A model generated the notes under the pieces. The model had not been told where the DNA came from, did no database searches, and was given only the letters and a program-made list of their open reading frames with translations. Shown here one piece after another: positions 60,569 through 64,000 of a stretch of 64,000 nt of DNA. Made by a program: the position numbers and the translations under genes. The DNA comes from the human T2T-CHM13v2.0 reference genome, Homo sapiens: assembly GCF_009914755.1 (NCBI RefSeq), contig NC_060947.1; one strand, 5' to 3'. Position 1 is the stretch's first letter, and every line of letters begins with the position of its first letter.

Positions 60569-63471
60569 ATCATCATGGTGGACAGGAGGCAGGATTGCAG
60601 CTCTGACTTGGACAGACAGAGCAGCGTGCAGAGCCTCACATTGTGAATTTTAGCTCCAGATTGACTGCAAAAACAAATAAGCAATCCCAAGAGAACCCAA
60701 AGACCCTCTGAGGAAAGCAGAATGCTCTTGCAGGACCCAGGAGACACCTCAAATACTGGGAGTGCCCCAACAGCAGAAGTGGCAGAAGTGGGAAAGGGTG
60801 ATCCTTCTCTCCCGAACACACACCCCCACTGGAGGAACTGAAGGTCTGTTTGTGGGAGAAGTTTCCAACTTACCTGGAGCTGAGTCAATTTAGAGAGCCA
60901 AGTGAAATACAGGGGTAGAGGAAGCAGCAGAAAGGCCCTGGGAGCTTGCTGGGTCCCCAAGCAGGTCATACCTGCCTGGCATTACAGGGATCCATTGGGA
61001 GGGCGGCCAGAGGAGTGGGGGGAAAACAGCACAGAAAGAAGAAAATCTCCAGCTGAACTTTGTAACAATTTGAGCAAGACAAGAAGCCTCCTGGCCAGAA
61101 CTTAGGGAAGGGCATGAATCCGGTGCACAGACTCCACAGGCAGGGGAAGAACCAAGCCCTTTAATTTCACAGCTGGGTGGTGGGTAGCCTGGGGCAGGTT
61201 CTCAAGCCCGGCTCTCCCACTGCCTGGAAACAGACTTGGGGCTGTTGGGGGAGCACGGTGGGAGTGAGACAGACCCTTCGGTTTGCATGGGAGCTGGGTG
61301 AGGCCTGTGACTGCCAGCTTTCCCCCACTTTCCTGACAACCTGCATGACTCAGCAGAGAAAGCCATAATCCTCCTAGGTACACAACTCCATTGACCTGGA
61401 AACCTCACACCCATCCCCCACAGCAGCCACAGCAAGACTCGCCCAAGAAGAGTCTGAGTTCAGACACACCTAGCCATGTCCCCACCTGATGGTCCTTCTT
61501 TACCCACCCTGGTAGCTGAATACAACAGGCATATAATTTTGGGAGTTCTAGGGCCCCACCCACCACCAATTCCTCTCCATACTACCACAGCTGATGCTGT
61601 CTGGAAAGCACCACCTCCCAGCAGGATGCCAACCAGCACAAAAATAAAGCATTAAACCACTAAAGCTAAGAAACCTTTGGAGTCCATTTCACCCCCCTGC
61701 CACCTCCACCAGAACAGGTGCTGGTATTCTTGGCTGAAAGACCCATAGACGATTCACATCACAGGACTCTGGGCAGACAATTCTCAGTACCAGCCAGGAG
61801 CTGTTTAGACGTACTGGGTGGCTAGACCCAGAAGAGAGACAACAATCACTGCAGTTTGGCTCACAAGAAACAACATCCATAGGAAAAGAGAAAGAGTACT
61901 ACAACAAGGGAATACCCCACGGGACAAAAGATTCTGAACAACAGCCATCAGCCCTAGACTTTCCATCTGACAGAGCCTACCCAAATGAGAAGAAACCAGA
62001 AAACCAACTCTGGTAATATGAAAAAACAAAACCCCAAAATCACACAAGTTCACCAGCAATTAATCCAAAACAAGATGAAAAATCCCTGATTTACCTGAAA
62101 AAGAATTCAGGAAGTTAGTTATTAAGCTAATCAGGGAGGCACCAGAGAAAGGGGAAGCCCAATGCAAGGAAATCCAAAAAACGATACAAGAAGTAAAGGG
62201 AGAAATATTTAAAAAAAAAAAAGTTCAAAAAAGCAATTTAAAATTCAAGAAACAATGGACACACTTACAGAAATGTGAAATGCTCTGGAAAGTCTCAGCA
62301 ATAGAATTGAACAAGTAGAAGAAAGAAATTCAGAGCATGAAGACGAGGTCTTCAAATTAACCCAATCCAGCAAAGACAAAGAAAAAAAGAATAAGGAAAT
62401 ATGAACAAAGCCTCCGCGGAGTCTGGCATTATGTTGAATGATCAAATCTAAGAATAATTGGTGTTCCTGAGGAAGAAAAGAAATCTAAACGTTTGGAAAA
62501 CATATATGGGGGAATAATTGAGGAAAACTTCCCAGGCCTTGCTAGAGACCAAGACAACCAAATAAAAGAATCACACACACACACACACACAAAATACAAA
62601 AAATAAATAAAACAAAAAATGGTTATTTGAAAAGATAAATAAGTTGATACACCATTATTGATATTAACCAAAAAAGAAGAAAGTAAACACAAATAACTTC
62701 AATAAGAAATGAAACAGGAGACGTTACAACTGATATAACTGAAATACAAAAGATCATTCAAGGCTACTGTGAACATCTTTAGGCACATAAACTAGAAAAC
62801 CTGGAAGAGATGAATAAATTCCTAGAAAAATACAGCCCTCCTAGATTAAATCAGAAAGAATTAGATACCCTGGACAGATCAAAAAAAGGCAGAGAGATTG
62901 AAATGATAATTTAAAAATTACCAACAAAAAATGTCCAAGACCAGACAAATTTACAGAAGAATTTTACCAGTTCATTCAAAGAAAAGTTGGTACAAATACT
63001 TTTCACACTATTCCACAAGGTAGAGACAAAAAGGAACCCACTCTAATTCATTACATGAAGTCAGCGTCACCCTAATCCCAAAACCAGGAAAGGACATAAC
63101 CAAAAGAAGAAACTACAGACCAATATCCCTGACGAACATACATGCTAAAATCTTTAGCAAAATACTAGCTAACCGAATCCAACAACGTATCAAAAAATAA
63201 TCCACCATGATGAAGTGGTTTTCATACCAGGGACGCAGGGATGTTTTAAGATATGCGAGTCAATAAATGTGATACACCACATAAACAGAATTAAAAGCAA
63301 AAATCACATAATTATCTCAATAGATGCAGAAAAAGCATTTGACAAAACCCAGCATCTGTCTATGATTAAAACTCTCAGCAATATTGACATACAAGAGATG
63401 TACCTCAATGTAATAAAAGCCATCTATGACAAGCCCACAGCCAACAAAATACTGAATGAGGAAAAGTTGAA
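60569..63471 (+). mobile_element. Second L1PB-type 5'UTR, partial ORF1, deletion, partial ORF2
   Basis: Homologous to 58770-60480; ORF1 ATG ~61985; ORF2 peptide [12 protein letters not shown] at 63215-63470. Confidence 0.85.
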
Positions 63472-64000
63472 GTGGTCTGGCTCGGCGGGTCCCACCCCCA
63501 CGGAGCCCAGCAAACTAAGATCCACTGGCATGAAATTATCGCTGCCAACACAGCAGCAGCCTGAAATGGACCTGGGATGCTCAAGCTCGGCTGGGGGAGG
63601 AGCATCCGCCATTGCTGCGGCTTGAGTAGGCACTTTTACCCTTATGATGTAAACAAAGCCTCCTGGAAGTTCGAACTGGGCAGAGCTCACTGCAGCTCAG
63701 CAAGGCTGCTGTGGTCAGACTGCCAGATTTCTCCTCTCTGGGCAGGGCATCTCTGAAAAAAAGGCAGCAGCCCCAGTCAAGGATTTATAGATAAAACCGC
63801 TATCTCCCTGGGAGAGAGCACTTGGGGGAAGGGGCGGCTGTGGGCACAGCTTCAACAGACTTAAAAGTCCCTGCCTGATGGCTCTGAAGGGAGCAGCGGA
63901 CCTCCCAGCACAGCGATGGAGCTCTGCTAAGGGTCAGACTGCCTCCTCAAGTGGGTCCCTGACCCCCATGTATCCTGACTGTGAGACACCTCCCAGTAGG
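63472..64000 (+). mobile_element. L1PA7/8-like 5'UTR lacking its first part, runs off the right edge
   Basis: GGTCCCACCCCCACGGAGCCCAGC..GAAGTTCGAACTGGG..CAGACTGCCTCCTCAAGTGGGTCCCTGACC; antisense ORF0-like MADAPPPA. Confidence 0.85.

Noticed and set aside
58770-62250. Recent tandem segmental duplication
   Set aside because: The two L1PB 5' regions are clearly diverged and the second interrupts ORF1 of the first; independent insertions fit better

Overview
Primate (most likely human, from an AluYa5-type insertion) repeat-dense genomic DNA. I found no protein-coding exon, RNA gene or prokaryote-type system. By eye most of the window is LINE-1, spanning many ages (L1M/HAL1, L1PB, L1PA3-L1PA13-like), plus Alus, MaLR LTRs, L2/MIR relics and one hAT DNA transposon. 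Every ORF-track entry I could recognise is a broken L1 ORF1/ORF2/ORF0 or Alu frame; the rest look like chance frames. The interesting content is structural: (1) a 12-kb nest of young L1s at 4.7-16.6 kb with a twin-primed insertion, an embedded tail-less 5'UTR fragment, an apparently chimeric full-length L1, and rare variants shared between neighbouring copies; (2) two locally templated insertions inside one older L1, one an inverted copy of flanking DNA and one ending in a snap-back hairpin; (3) a switch in L1 orientation near 51-54 kb followed by stacked + strand L1 5' ends. Subfamily names come from recalled consensus features, not an alignment, and need RepeatMasker/Dfam confirmation. Boundaries of old repeats are approximate. 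I do not claim a new biological system.
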